A stretch of DNA of 64,000 nucleotides, taken from Anaerolineales bacterium. Lineage in GTDB: Bacteria; Chloroflexota; Anaerolineae; Anaerolineales; E44-bin32. Shown here one piece after another: positions 38,139 to 48,585 of this stretch. Within the stretch, counting starts at the first letter, position 1, and each line of letters starts with the position of its first letter. Position numbers and translations under genes: made by a program. The notes beneath the pieces are model-generated. The model was not told the origin of the DNA, did not search any database, and saw only the letters and a list, made by a program, of their open reading frames with translations. The DNA is taken from positions 12,728 through 76,727 of the forward strand of contig DATEVL010000082.1 in NCBI GenBank assembly GCA_035281845.1. The letters are read 5' to 3'.

Positions 38139-39080
38139 ATGGCCGGCGCCCTCATCGAGGCAGATGAGCTGACGAAGGACTTCGACGGTTTCCGCGCCGT
38201 CCATCGGGTCAGCCTGCGCGTCGCCGCGGGTGAGATCGTGGCCCTGCTCGGTCCGAACGGGGCCGGGAAGACGACTACGATCCGGATGCTGGCCTCCCTG
38301 CTGGCGCCGACCCAGGGATCGGCAAGGGTGGCCGGCTTCGACGTCGCCCTCCAACCGGCGCAGGTGCGGGCCCGGGTTGGGTTGCTCACCGAACATCATG
38401 GCCTGTACACCCGCATGCGGGCGGGCGAGTACCTGGAATTCTTTGGCGGGACATACGGGATTCCTCGAGATGTGATCCGAGAGAGGGCCGGCCGGCTGCT
38501 GGCTCAGTTCGGACTGGGCGAGGACCGTGACCGACGGTTGGGCGAGTACTCCAAAGGCATGCGGCAGAAGCTGGCCCTGGTCCGTGCCCTGCTGCACGAC
38601 CCGCCGGTCCTTCTGCTCGATGAACCCACCTCGGCGATGGATCCGTCCAGTGCTTACCTCGTTCGCCAGAGCATCGCCGAGTTGCGCCGCGCCTCGCGCG
38701 GCATCATTGTCTGTACCCACAACCTGAAAGAAGCCGAAGTCCTGGCCGATCGAATTGCGATCATCCAGGCGGGGAAGATCGCCGCCAGCGGAACCGTGGA
38801 GTCCTTGAAGAGCGAGTTCCTGGGTGGCCGCCAGATGGAAGTGCGCCTCAAAGGACCGCTGGACGGCGCCGCCCGCCTTCTGCCGGACGAGGCCGTCCTC
38901 GTGGATTCCGGGGAGGGCTGGCTGCGCTATCGGACGGACAACCCGCAGGAAACCAATCCACAAGTGCTTCAAGTGTTGGGCGCGGCCGGTCTCCAGGTGG
39001 TGACTCTGGCCGAGGTCGAGCGAAGCCTGGAGGACGTCTACCTGCAAGTCGTCGGGAAGCCGAAGGGCGAGGAAGGGTAG
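38139..39080 (+). CDS. ABC transporter ATP-binding protein
   Basis: GPNGAGKTT, YSKGMRQKL, LLLDEPT, CTHNL, SLEDVYL. Confidence 0.96.
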   Translation: MAGALIEADELTKDFDGFRAVHRVSLRVAAGEIVALLGPNGAGKTTTIRMLASLLAPTQGSARVAGFDVALQPAQVRARVGLLTEHHGLYTRMRAGEYLEFFGGTYGIPRDVIRERAGRLLAQFGLGEDRDRRLGEYSKGMRQKLALVRALLHDPPVLLLDEPTSAMDPSSAYLVRQSIAELRRASRGIIVCTHNLKEAEVLADRIAIIQAGKIAASGTVESLKSEFLGGRQMEVRLKGPLDGAARLLPDEAVLVDSGEGWLRYRTDNPQETNPQVLQVLGAAGLQVVTLAEVERSLEDVYLQVVGKPKGEEG

Positions 39081-39110
39081 GATGCTGATCGCGCACTCGA
39101 GGGCGAAGGC

Positions 39111-39150
39111 TCACCCCCACTCCATCCCTCCCCCTGCAAGGGGGAGGGAG
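39111..39150. repeat. REP-like hairpin (CCCTCCCCC/GGGGGAGGG type) inside an operon
   Basis: TCACCCCCACTCCA, then TCCCTCCCCC-TGCAA-GGGGGAGGGA (10-bp stem). Confidence 0.65.
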
Positions 39151-39158
39151 ACCGCACC

Positions 39159-40601
39159 ATGAGCAGTCCGGCCGCCTCCTTAAGCCCGACGAGGTCAGCC
39201 TGGCTGGTGGCCCGGCGCGAAATCCGCGACCAGAGTCGCGATTGGCGGATCCTGGCGCCGATCCTGGGATTGACCCTTTTCTTCCCGCTACTGATGAACT
39301 TCACAGCGCGGGCGGCCGTCGACTTTGTCAATCGCTACAACGCGCCCTTGATTGGTGAGCGGCTGATCCCCTTCTTGCTGTTGGTCGTCGGGTTCTTCCC
39401 GATCTCGATCTCCCTGGTGATCGCCCTCGAGACCTTCGCCGGAGAGCGCGAGAGGCTTTCGTTAGAGCCTCTTCTGGTCACCCCGCTGAGCAACTTCCAA
39501 CTCTATGCTGGCAAGATGATGGCTTCGCTGGTAGCGCCGGTGCTGGCTGCCTACCTGGGCATCGTCGTCTACTCCGCCGGGCTGATCCTCCGGCTGGGTT
39601 GGCGCCCGCCGGCGGAACTCCTGGCACAAGTTGTCGTCCTGACAACGGCCCAGGCCCTGGTGATGGTCGCCGGCGCCGTCGTCATCTCCTCGCTCACGAC
39701 GTCCGTCCGTGCCGCCAATCTGCTGGCGTCGTTCATCATCATCCCTGTGGCGCAACTGGTCATCCTGGAAAGCCTGATCATGTTCTGGGGCCAGTACTCG
39801 GTCCTGTGGCTGATCGTCATCGGGTTGGTGGTTACCGCGGTGCTCTTGATGCGGATGGGGGTCCACCTCTTCAACCGGGAGGAACTGCTCGGCCGTGATT
39901 TGGACATCATCAATCTGCGCTGGATGGGCGGGGTCGTCCGCGCCGAATTCACCGGAGGCGCGCGAAATATCCGAGGATGGTACGCCGGCCTTTTTCGGCG
40001 AACCCTACCGCGTTCGATACCCTCCATCCTGACGGTGTGCCTGGTCCTGGTGGCCGGATACGGAATCGGATTGCAGCTGGCGCAGGTGTGGCGGCTTCCG
40101 GCAGTCTTGCTCGAACTCCACACTTCGCCGAATGCGGTCCTGGCCAACCTGGAGGGCATGGGGTTTCTCAGACCGGAGGGGTGGGTGTGGGTGTTCGGCA
40201 ATAACGTGCGGGCGGTGCTCTTGGCCAGCCTGCTGGGCGCCTTCACCTTCGGGGTTCTGGGCCTGGTCTTGCTGATGGTGCCGGTGGTCCTGGTCGGCTA
40301 TTTCGCCGGGAACCTGGCTGCCGCCGGTGTGTCGGCGTGGACCGTGCTGGGGGCGCTTGTTCTGCCTCACGCGGTGTTCGAAATTCCGGCGGCCATCCTG
40401 GCGGGCGCCGCCATCCTGCGTTGGGGAATGGTCATCGTCAGCCCGGCGCATGGGCGGTCGCTCGGACAGCATTGGCTGGCCGGGATGGCGGAATGGGCTC
40501 GCCTGATGGTGGGCCTGGTGTTTCCGCTGCTGGCCCTGGCGGCCGCCGTGGAAGTCTTCCTCACGCCTCAGATCGCGCTTCGGGTCCTGTTCGGGGGATA
40601 G
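39159..40601 (+). CDS. ABC-2 type permease fused to a SpoIIM (DUF95) domain
   Basis: VARREIRD, FAGERERLSLEPLLVTPL, GK, then VFGNNVR and LPHAVFEIPA...AAAVEVFLTP. Confidence 0.88.
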   Translation: MSSPAASLSPTRSAWLVARREIRDQSRDWRILAPILGLTLFFPLLMNFTARAAVDFVNRYNAPLIGERLIPFLLLVVGFFPISISLVIALETFAGERERLSLEPLLVTPLSNFQLYAGKMMASLVAPVLAAYLGIVVYSAGLILRLGWRPPAELLAQVVVLTTAQALVMVAGAVVISSLTTSVRAANLLASFIIIPVAQLVILESLIMFWGQYSVLWLIVIGLVVTAVLLMRMGVHLFNREELLGRDLDIINLRWMGGVVRAEFTGGARNIRGWYAGLFRRTLPRSIPSILTVCLVLVAGYGIGLQLAQVWRLPAVLLELHTSPNAVLANLEGMGFLRPEGWVWVFGNNVRAVLLASLLGAFTFGVLGLVLLMVPVVLVGYFAGNLAAAGVSAWTVLGALVLPHAVFEIPAAILAGAAILRWGMVIVSPAHGRSLGQHWLAGMAEWARLMVGLVFPLLALAAAVEVFLTPQIALRVLFGG

Positions 40602-40605
40602 GCGG

Positions 40606-41361
40606 ATGGCTCGGCTGATCTTGCTGGGAACTTCGAACGCGGTCCCCGACGAGACGCATGAGAACACGCACATGGCCCTGATCGGGTCGGATGGGGTCGT
40701 GCTGATCGACTGCGTCAGCACGCCCAAGGTACGCCTCGCCCGCGCCGGGATCCACCTGGACTCGATCACCGACTTGATCCTGACCCACTTCCATCCAGAC
40801 CACGTCTCCGGGGTTCCGTTGCTGCTGATGAACATGTGGCTGATGGGCCGCCAGAAGCCGCTGCGGGTTTACGGGCTGCACCACTGCCTGGCGCGGGTCG
40901 AAGACATGATGGGTTTCTATCACTGGGAGAACTGGCCGGAGTTCTTCCCGGTGGCGTTCCATCGTCTCCCCGAACGCGAACGCGTGCTGGTGCTGGAGAA
41001 GAACGACTTCCGCGTCTTTTCTTCTCCGGTGCGCCATCTGGTGCCGACGATTGGGCTGCGGATCGAGGCCACCGATGGCGACGGGGTCATCGCCTACTCG
41101 TGCGACACCGAGCCGACTCCGTCGGTCGTGCGGCTGGCGAGCGGCGCTGCCGTCTTGTTTCACGAGTCGTCTGGAGGGAGCCCGGGTCACTCGACGGCCG
41201 CCCAGGCCGGTGCGATCGCCCGCGAGGCGGAGGTCGCCAGACTGATGCTCATCCACTATCCGCCCGACGGTCTGGACGAGGGCGCGCTGCTGGAACAGGC
41301 GCACACGACCTTCCAGGGCGAGATCGGCTTGGCCAAAGACTTCCAAGAGTTCGTGATCTGA
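40606..41361 (+). CDS. MBL-fold hydrolase, RNase Z/BN-like
   Basis: LLGT, LIDC, LTHFHPDHVSG, VRHL, YSCDT, FHES, GHST, LIHY. Confidence 0.88.
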   Translation: MARLILLGTSNAVPDETHENTHMALIGSDGVVLIDCVSTPKVRLARAGIHLDSITDLILTHFHPDHVSGVPLLLMNMWLMGRQKPLRVYGLHHCLARVEDMMGFYHWENWPEFFPVAFHRLPERERVLVLEKNDFRVFSSPVRHLVPTIGLRIEATDGDGVIAYSCDTEPTPSVVRLASGAAVLFHESSGGSPGHSTAAQAGAIAREAEVARLMLIHYPPDGLDEGALLEQAHTTFQGEIGLAKDFQEFVI

Positions 41362-41367
41362 CAGGGA

Positions 41368-41586
41368 CTAGCGATCGGCGATGGGCGATGGGAGACTAGA
41401 GACTCGAGATTGGAGATTAGCGATTGGCGATTAGCGATTGGAGACTCCAGATTGGAGACTGGCGATTGGCGATTAACGATTGGAGACTTGAGACTGGAGA
41501 TTAGAGATTAGTTGGAGCGGTTTGGATGGGCGCGGATCGGGAAGAGCTTGTCTCTGACCACCGACCACTGACCACTGACCACTGAC
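41368..41586. repeat. Long heptamer array (GATTGGA/GATTAGC/GACTGGA) plus a CTGACCA array
   Basis: About 20 degenerate 7-mers between convergent genes. AGCTTGTCTCTGACCA (41545-41560) matches 6103-6118. Confidence 0.9.
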
Positions 41587-41790
41587 TTACGCCGCTTTCA
41601 GGCTGGCGTGCAGAAAGTGGAAGTCTCCGTGGGGCGGGATGAGTTCCTGGACCTCGACCACGCGGAAGGGACGCCCGCCGATCTTGACGGTGTCGCCGAC
41701 CTTGGGCTCGCGTTCCGTGTTGAGGATCGCTCCGGGGTGCTCTTCCCCGATCACCACGTAGCTGACTTTGTAGATGGCGGCCACGTTCAC
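41587..41790 (-). CDS. Small hypothetical protein
   Basis: 67-aa beta-rich ORF starting 3 nt after the cNMP gene's stop. Confidence 0.65.
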   Translation of the reverse strand: MNVAAIYKVSYVVIGEEHPGAILNTEREPKVGDTVKIGGRPFRVVEVQELIPPHGDFHFLHASLKAA

Positions 41791-41793
41791 CCC

Positions 41794-42243
41794 CTAGTGG
41801 CCCGAGAGCATGCGGTGCCGCAACTTGAACGATAAGTCGGCGGCCATATTCCGCATCACGATGTATCCCAGGTGGGTGTTGGTCTGACACAGGCTGAGGA
41901 ACGCCTCGCGCTTGAGCTCTTGGAGCAGGGCGCCATCCGTCAGCGCACGAACCGTCGCCGAGCGAGGTCCGCGGTCGACGAGCGACATTTCGCCGACGAT
42001 CTGCCCCGGGCCGAGATTGACGACGGTGCGCGGCGCCTCGCTCGAGTCGGGTTGGCTGGCCGTGACTTCGACGAACCCCTGAGAGACCAGGAAGAGCTCA
42101 TCGGCCCGCTCGCCCTGAGTCGTGATGATCTCGCCGGCGCCGAAAGTGCGGGCCCGGCACAAGGCGGCGATCGACTGCAGCTCCTGCGACGACAGTCCTT
42201 CGAACAACTCGGCCGAGCGCAGCTCGGATTCCAGATCGCTCAT
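41794..42243 (-). CDS. Stand-alone cyclic nucleotide-binding domain protein
   Basis: LFEGLS, IITTQGE, GFVEV, GQIVGEMSLVDRGPRSATV. Confidence 0.92.
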   Translation of the reverse strand: MSDLESELRSAELFEGLSSQELQSIAALCRARTFGAGEIITTQGERADELFLVSQGFVEVTASQPDSSEAPRTVVNLGPGQIVGEMSLVDRGPRSATVRALTDGALLQELKREAFLSLCQTNTHLGYIVMRNMAADLSFKLRHRMLSGH

Positions 42244-42404
42244 GAGTTCACCCGGAGACCTCGCCTCATCTCATCGCTCGCACCGCAGATTCTACAGCAT
42301 CCTGCCGAGAATTCAAATCGCACGCCCCGGCTCGGAGGATCCCAGTGTTCGGGAACCCTTGGGACTGGCTGTGGTAGAATGAGCCGACATCGACCTCTGA
42401 GACG

Positions 42405-42833
42405 ATGAACGACGAATTCCCCCGGAGCACTCCCAACCCGGCCCGTCTGGCCTCCGACGACGAAACCGGCTGGCCGCAAGCCATCCATTACTACGCATTC
42501 CGCCTCCGCCAGCAAGGCCGCGCTTGGCGCCCGCCGACCGACGTCTTCGAAACCGACCTCGAGTTCACGGTCGTGGTGGAGCTGGCCGGCATGCGCGGGG
42601 TGGAGATATCGGTCACGCTGGACGAACTGCTTCTGAGGATCCGCGGAACGCGCCCCGAATCGACCGGGGCACGCGCCTACCATCAGATGGAGATCAACTA
42701 TGGCGACTTCGCCCTCGAAGTCCGCCTGCCCGTGCCGGTCGACCGCGATCGGATCGACGCCAGCTATACCGACGGTTTCCTCAAAGTGGTCTTGCCCAAG
42801 GCGCAGCCGCGGCGGATTTCCGTCTCGACCTGA
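42405..42833 (+). CDS. Hsp20/alpha-crystallin family protein
   Basis: WRPPTDVFE, VELAGM, LRIRGTR, EINYGDF, ASYTDGFLKVVLPK. Confidence 0.93.
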   Translation: MNDEFPRSTPNPARLASDDETGWPQAIHYYAFRLRQQGRAWRPPTDVFETDLEFTVVVELAGMRGVEISVTLDELLLRIRGTRPESTGARAYHQMEINYGDFALEVRLPVPVDRDRIDASYTDGFLKVVLPKAQPRRISVST

Positions 42834-42836
42834 GGC

Positions 42837-45458
42837 ATGATGGACGAACGGGAAGACCTCCGGGCAGGAGCCGGCCCCTTGCATTCCCGGCACCAGCCTC
42901 CGCCGCCGCGCATGGCCGCCGATTCGGTGCAGGCCCCCGCCATTCCGGTACAGGAACGCGACGGCGAGCCGGCCGAGGCGGGTACCGGCCGACCGGTTTC
43001 GGCCGAGTTCCCGCGCGTCCTCCCGATTCTCCCCCTGCGCGGGCTGGTCGCCTACCCCCATTCCCCGATCCCTCTGACGATCGGGCAGGCGCGCTCCATC
43101 CGCCTCATTGATGATGTGGTCGGTGAGCAGCGACTCGTCGGGCTGGTGTCGTCGCGTCGGCCGGAGCTCGAGGAGCCCGGTCCGCAGGACCTCTATCGCT
43201 TCGGCACGATCGCCTCGATCGAACGCCTGCTGCGCGCGGCGGATGGGACGATCCGGCTGATCGTCCAGGGGCTGGCCCGCTTCGAGCTGGCCTCGTTCGT
43301 CGCCGAAGAGCCCTATTTGAAGGCCGAGATCGAACTCCGCCCGGAGACTGTGGAGCAAGGGGTCGAGATCGAGGCCCAGGTGCGCGCCGTCAAAGATCAG
43401 TTCCAGCAAATCGCCGAGCTGGTGCCGTCGTTGCCGCGAGAGCTGTTGGCCGGCGTGCTGATGCTCGATGATCCGCTGTACGTGGTGTACACCGTCACCA
43501 ACTACCAGCGGATGGACCTGGAAACCGCGCAAGCCATCCTCGAGGAGAACAGCGCTTCCGAGAAGCTCAAGCGGCTAATGGTCGTCCTGACCCGCGAGGT
43601 GGAAGTCCTTTCTCTCGGCCAGCAGATCCAGCAGGAAGCGCGGACCGAGATCGACAAGGTCCAGCGGGAATACTTCTTGCGCGAGCAGCTCAAGGCGATT
43701 CAGCGCGAGCTGGGCGAAGCGGACGAGCAGACCGCCGAGGTCGAGGAATTCCGCAGACGGATCGATGCCGCCGGAATGACCGAAGAGGCCGCCAAGCAGG
43801 CCCGGCGCGAGCTGGACCGGATGTCGCGATTGCCCAGCGCCGCCGCCGAGTTCGGAGTGATCCGTGGCTACCTCGACTGGCTCGTCTCGCTCCCTTGGTC
43901 TCGCACCACGCCCGACAACCTCGAGCTGGCCCACGCCCGCCAGGTGCTCGACCAGGACCATTACGGTCTGAAGGACGTCAAGGAACGGATTCTCGAATAT
44001 CTGGCCGTCCGCAAACTGAAGCATGAACGCGGCGCTCGACCGGAGGAGCCGGCGGATGTCATCCGCCGCGAACGGGAAGGGGTCATCCTTTGCTTCGTCG
44101 GGCCGCCCGGCGTGGGCAAGACCTCGCTGGGCCAGTCGATCGCCCGGGCTATGGGCCGCCAGTTCATTCGCTCGTCCCTCGGCGGGGTCTCCGACGAGGC
44201 CGAGATCCGCGGCCACCGGCGGACCTATGTCGGCGCCATGCCCGGACGGATCCTCCAGGGACTGCGCCGGGTGGAGTCGCGCAACCCGATCTACATGCTG
44301 GACGAGGTCGACAAACTCGGCCGCGACTTCCGCGGAGATCCGGCGTCGGCGCTGCTCGAGGTGCTCGACCCGGAGCAGAACCGAGAGTTTCGCGATCACT
44401 ATCTAGAAGTCGCCTTCGACTTGTCCCAGGTGATGTTCATCACCACCGCCAACTGGCTCGATACCGTCCCCGGGCCGCTGCTCGACCGCATGGAAGTCAT
44501 TCAACTCTCCGGCTACACCGACGAGGAGAAAGTCGCTATCGCCCACGACTACCTGGTGCCGCGACAGCTGCGCGAGAATGGGCTGGCGGCTGACTCCGTT
44601 CTTCTCTCCAAGGACGCGTTGCGGAAGATCATTCGAGATTACACTCGCGAAGCTGGTGTCCGCAACCTCGAGAGGGAAATCGGCCGTCTCTTGCGCAAAC
44701 TGGCGACACGGCTGGCCGAAGGACAGGCGGCGCTCGCCGAAGTTCAGTCGGAGAACGTGGCCGAGTGGCTCGGGCGTCCGCGCTACCTGGGCGAGGTCGA
44801 GATCGCCGAGCGGACCTCGGTCCCTGGTGTGGCGACGGGGCTGGCCTTCACCCCGGTCGGCGGCGAAGTGCTCTTCATCGAGGCGACGGCCATGCCGGGC
44901 GGCAAGGATTTCCTCCTGACCGGGTCGCTGGGGCAAGTTATGCAGGAATCGGCAAGGGCGGCGCTGTCCTATGTGCGATCGGCCAGCGGCGAGCTGGGAG
45001 TGCCGCAGGCCTATTGGCGTCGCAACGACATCCACCTGCACATCCCGGCCGGGGCACAACCCAAGGACGGGCCCTCGGCCGGCGTGACGATCGCCACGGC
45101 GCTGGCGTCGTTGGCCACAGGCGCGGCGGTGCGCCGCGAGGTCGGGATGACGGGCGAAATCACCTTGCGCGGCCAGGTTCTCCCGATCGGTGGCGTCAAG
45201 GAGAAAGTCTTGGCCGCTCATCGCGCCGGACTCAAGACCGTCATCCTGCCGAAGCGCAACGAGCCCGATTTAGAAGACGTTCCGCCCGATGTCCGGAGAG
45301 ACCTGGGTTTCGTCTTCGCCGAAGACGTACGCCAGGTATTGGAGGCGGCGTTGGAGGATTTCCATCTCAAGGCGAAGGCGAAGAGCGACGGCCGGCGGGC
45401 TCCCGCTGTCCGACCCCCGCGTGCAAAGCCTGCCGCCACGCCGGCCCGCCGGCGCTGA
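42837..45458 (+). CDS. lon: ATP-dependent Lon protease
   Basis: [60 protein letters not shown]. Confidence 0.98.
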   Translation: MMDEREDLRAGAGPLHSRHQPPPPRMAADSVQAPAIPVQERDGEPAEAGTGRPVSAEFPRVLPILPLRGLVAYPHSPIPLTIGQARSIRLIDDVVGEQRLVGLVSSRRPELEEPGPQDLYRFGTIASIERLLRAADGTIRLIVQGLARFELASFVAEEPYLKAEIELRPETVEQGVEIEAQVRAVKDQFQQIAELVPSLPRELLAGVLMLDDPLYVVYTVTNYQRMDLETAQAILEENSASEKLKRLMVVLTREVEVLSLGQQIQQEARTEIDKVQREYFLREQLKAIQRELGEADEQTAEVEEFRRRIDAAGMTEEAAKQARRELDRMSRLPSAAAEFGVIRGYLDWLVSLPWSRTTPDNLELAHARQVLDQDHYGLKDVKERILEYLAVRKLKHERGARPEEPADVIRREREGVILCFVGPPGVGKTSLGQSIARAMGRQFIRSSLGGVSDEAEIRGHRRTYVGAMPGRILQGLRRVESRNPIYMLDEVDKLGRDFRGDPASALLEVLDPEQNREFRDHYLEVAFDLSQVMFITTANWLDTVPGPLLDRMEVIQLSGYTDEEKVAIAHDYLVPRQLRENGLAADSVLLSKDALRKIIRDYTREAGVRNLEREIGRLLRKLATRLAEGQAALAEVQSENVAEWLGRPRYLGEVEIAERTSVPGVATGLAFTPVGGEVLFIEATAMPGGKDFLLTGSLGQVMQESARAALSYVRSASGELGVPQAYWRRNDIHLHIPAGAQPKDGPSAGVTIATALASLATGAAVRREVGMTGEITLRGQVLPIGGVKEKVLAAHRAGLKTVILPKRNEPDLEDVPPDVRRDLGFVFAEDVRQVLEAALEDFHLKAKAKSDGRRAPAVRPPRAKPAATPARRR

Positions 45459-45461
45459 GCC

Positions 45462-45851
45462 ATGGCCAAGGTCCTGTTAGTCGACAATGATGCGACGACG
45501 GTCTCTTTGCTCAAGATTCTGCTCGAGCTCGACGGCTATGAGGTGGCGGTTTGCCGCAGCCCGGGTGAGGTTCTGGGGAAGGTCTCGAGCGAGGCCCCCG
45601 ACGTCGTCTTGATGGACGTCTTTCTGACCGGAGGCGACGGATTGGATCTGCTGCGAAAGATGCGCGCGACGCCGGGGATGGAGCGGATCCCGGTGATCAT
45701 GACTTCAGGTATGGAGCTCTCCGTTGAGTGCTCGCAGGCCGGCGCCGACGGATTCCTGCTCAAACCCTATCCACCGGAGCAACTCTCACAAGTGATAAAG
45801 AAGAATCTCGATCACGGCCGCGGCGCCGACGGGCCGCTCGCCACTCCATGA
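45462..45851 (+). CDS. Single-domain response regulator (CheY-like)
   Basis: VLLVDND, PDVVLMDV, PVIMTS, FLLKP. Confidence 0.93.
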   Translation: MAKVLLVDNDATTVSLLKILLELDGYEVAVCRSPGEVLGKVSSEAPDVVLMDVFLTGGDGLDLLRKMRATPGMERIPVIMTSGMELSVECSQAGADGFLLKPYPPEQLSQVIKKNLDHGRGADGPLATP

Positions 45852-47590
45852 ACGCCTCTCGGCGCGGTCGAACGGGGAAACGCCGCTGGGCGATCGTCGA
45901 TCTTCACATCCATACGCCGGCCTCCAACGATTACCAAGAGGCCGGCATCAGTTACATCGACGTCCTGCGCCGCTGCGAAGCTCGCGGCCTCGACGTCGCC
46001 GCCTTCACCGACCACAATTCCATCGCCGGTTACCGCAAGATGCAGGAGGAGATCCAGCAGTACCAGCTGCTCGAATCGCTCAAACGATTGGCCCCCGATG
46101 AAGCGCAGAAGTTGGCCGAGTACCGTCGGCTACAGGAGAAGATCCTCTTGCTTCCGGGTTTCGAGTTCACCGCCACGTTCGGCTTCCATGTCCTGGGGAT
46201 CTTCCCGCCGAGCACGACGGTGCGCGAGGTCGAGCATCTATTGCTCAATCTGCGCGTTCCGCCCGAAACGCTGGACAGCGGCACGTCCAACGTCGGGGCG
46301 ACGTCGGACGTGCTGACCGCCTACCGGTTGATCCACGAAGCCGGGGGCCTGGCCATCGCCGCCCACGCCAACTCGAGCAATGGGGTTGCCATGCGCGGTT
46401 TCAATTTCGGCGGCCAGACGAAGATCGCCTACACCCAGGATTCACATCTGCACGCCCTCGAGGTGACAGACCTCGACGCGCGCAGTCACAGTCGGACGGC
46501 GGCTTTCTTCAACGGCACCAAACCGGAGTACCCGCGCCGAATGCACTGTATTCAGGGATCCGATGCGCACCGCCTGCGCAGCGATCCGGGCAACAAGAAG
46601 AACCTCGGAGTGGGGGACCGCGCCACCGAAGTCATGGTGGATGAGGTCACCTTCGAGGCGCTGCGAGCGCTCTTCGAGAGCAACGACTTCGCCCGGTCTC
46701 GGCCGCACTGGCCGGCGGCCGAGGAGGCCTTCGACTTCATCCGCCAGGCCCAGGAAGAAGGCCCTTCGATCAACCAGGTCTTTCATGAGTCGATGACCCA
46801 GCGCGGGGGACGGTTGTATGCGGTCATCGCCGACATCTGCGCCCTGGCCAACACCAATGGCGGGACGCTGTACATCGGCCTCGACGCCGATCCCTCGAAG
46901 CCGCCGCCGGGCGTATCCAATGCGGAGAGCGCCGCGCGTGCCCTGGAGAAGGAGATTCGGAGCCGCATCAGCCCGCCGCTGGCCTGCCAGGTCGACGCCC
47001 AGGAGACGCGCGGGAAGCGTGTCTTGCGCGTCCTCGTCCCGCGCGGTCCCGATCCGCCTTACGCCGTCGACGATAACAAGATCTATGTCCGGGACGAGGC
47101 CGAGACCGAACTGGCCGTACGCGACGAGATCGTTCAGCTGATACGCCGCGCCGGGGCGGCGGCGTCCGTCGAGGAACCGCAGACGGCTACGGCGGAAACC
47201 GCGCCCGAGCCGGTCGAGCTGAGCGCGGGCGATGTCGGTCCCCCGCGAACGGGGGTCGAAGTGGCCGAGGTCGAGGATCGCGACGGCACCCGCTATTACA
47301 CAATGCGCGACTTGCGCAACGGCAACGTCGTCAAGAACGTCACGCAGGCGTCCGCCCGGCGGCTGTGGCACTACGCCATCACCGAGCACAGCCGACTTGC
47401 GGACGACCTCTCCAAGGCCGCCATCTCTTGGCAGGGGGACCTGGGTATTGTCAAAGAACAGCGGCGCGGCACGCGTGTCCGCTACGACCTGGCCCAACGT
47501 CAGAGCGGCAAGGTGCGCGTTTTCTTTGGGGTGACCGAGGACGGGATCCACGGCGAGTGGCGGCGCCTGGTGGGCGCAGAAGCCGAGTGA
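45848..47590 (+). CDS. PHP phosphoesterase domain fused to a Schlafen/AlbA_2 domain and a C-terminal domain of unknown function
   Basis: DLHIHTPASND, TDHN, PGFE, FHVLG, AAHAN, GSDAH, then ADICALANTNGGTLYIGL...IYVRD. ATGA overlap with the response regulator. Confidence 0.85.
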   Translation: MNASRRGRTGKRRWAIVDLHIHTPASNDYQEAGISYIDVLRRCEARGLDVAAFTDHNSIAGYRKMQEEIQQYQLLESLKRLAPDEAQKLAEYRRLQEKILLLPGFEFTATFGFHVLGIFPPSTTVREVEHLLLNLRVPPETLDSGTSNVGATSDVLTAYRLIHEAGGLAIAAHANSSNGVAMRGFNFGGQTKIAYTQDSHLHALEVTDLDARSHSRTAAFFNGTKPEYPRRMHCIQGSDAHRLRSDPGNKKNLGVGDRATEVMVDEVTFEALRALFESNDFARSRPHWPAAEEAFDFIRQAQEEGPSINQVFHESMTQRGGRLYAVIADICALANTNGGTLYIGLDADPSKPPPGVSNAESAARALEKEIRSRISPPLACQVDAQETRGKRVLRVLVPRGPDPPYAVDDNKIYVRDEAETELAVRDEIVQLIRRAGAAASVEEPQTATAETAPEPVELSAGDVGPPRTGVEVAEVEDRDGTRYYTMRDLRNGNVVKNVTQASARRLWHYAITEHSRLADDLSKAAISWQGDLGIVKEQRRGTRVRYDLAQRQSGKVRVFFGVTEDGIHGEWRRLVGAEAE

Positions 47591-48066
47591 GCGGCGGGCC
47601 CTCCGACCGACGTCGAAGCTCAGTGCCGGCCGAGTCACCGGGCGCGGTTGTCCGGCTGAGGGACTTCAACTGGGAAGACTGGCCGCAAGTTCTGGCCCTC
47701 TGGCAATCGGCGGGCTCCGGCATACATCTGGGACGCTCCGATTCCCCTGACGAGATCCTCAAGAAGCAGCAGCATGACCCGGACCTATTCCTGCTGGCCG
47801 AGGGGGAAGGCGAGATCATCGGCGCCGTGCTGGGCGGGTACGACGGCCGCCGAGGGATCGTCTACCATTTAGCCGTCGTCCCCGAGCGCCGGCGGGAGGG
47901 TGTCGGCCGCTCGCTGATGAGGGAACTCGAACGAAGAACGGCCGCCCGCGGCTGCGTCAAGTCCTACCTCCTGGCCACCCCTGACAACCTCGAGGCCGTC
48001 GCTTTCTATCGCCGGCTAGGGTGGGACGTGATGGACATGGTCTTGATGGGCAAGGAGCTCCCGTGA
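47587..48066 (+). CDS. GNAT family acetyltransferase (YpeA-like)
   Basis: DPDLFLLAE, GGYDGRRG.VYHLAV.PERRREGVG, FYRRLG. GTGA overlap. Confidence 0.9.
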   Translation: MSGGPSDRRRSSVPAESPGAVVRLRDFNWEDWPQVLALWQSAGSGIHLGRSDSPDEILKKQQHDPDLFLLAEGEGEIIGAVLGGYDGRRGIVYHLAVVPERRREGVGRSLMRELERRTAARGCVKSYLLATPDNLEAVAFYRRLGWDVMDMVLMGKELP

Positions 48067-48554
48067 AGGTCGCGGTGCTAACGGTCTCCGACCGCTCGGC
48101 GCGTGGGGAGCGGCAAGACCTTTCGGGGCCGGCCGTGGTCGACCGGGTGCGGCGCAAAGGTTGGGACCTGGTACGGACGGGAATCGTCTCCGACGACCAG
48201 GGCGCCATTGAGGGCGAGCTGAGAAAATGGACTGAGGCTGGGATCGAACTGATCCTGACGACCGGCGGAACCGGGTTCGCGCCGCGCGACCGGGCGCCCG
48301 AAGCGACCCTGGCGGTCTGCGAGCGGTTAGCGCCGGGGATTCCGGAGGCGATGCGCCGCGCTGGCAAGGCGAAGACTCCCCATGCGATTCTGTCTCGGGC
48401 CGTCGCCGGCATCCGCCGCGGCACGCTCATCGTCAACCTGCCCGGAAGCCCGAGCGGCGCGATCGAGAGCCTGGACGCGGTTCTCCCAGCGCTGGAGCAC
48501 GCGGTGCGGTTGCTGCGCGAAGACTCGGGGGCCGAATCGGAGCATCGCGGCTGA
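48063..48554 (+). CDS. MogA/MoaB molybdopterin adenylyltransferase
   Basis: VLTVSDR, DLSGP, ILTTGGTGFAPRD.APEAT, LSRAVAG, NLPGSP. Confidence 0.95.
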   Translation: MKVAVLTVSDRSARGERQDLSGPAVVDRVRRKGWDLVRTGIVSDDQGAIEGELRKWTEAGIELILTTGGTGFAPRDRAPEATLAVCERLAPGIPEAMRRAGKAKTPHAILSRAVAGIRRGTLIVNLPGSPSGAIESLDAVLPALEHAVRLLREDSGAESEHRG

Positions 48555-48585
48555 AGGCCGATGGTCGTCAGGGTGCGCGGGCCGA

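Noticed and set aside
41368..41586. Heptamer arrays or family B repeats as a CRISPR array
   Set aside because: There is no constant 23-47 bp repeat alternating with unique spacers of regular length, and no cas genes.
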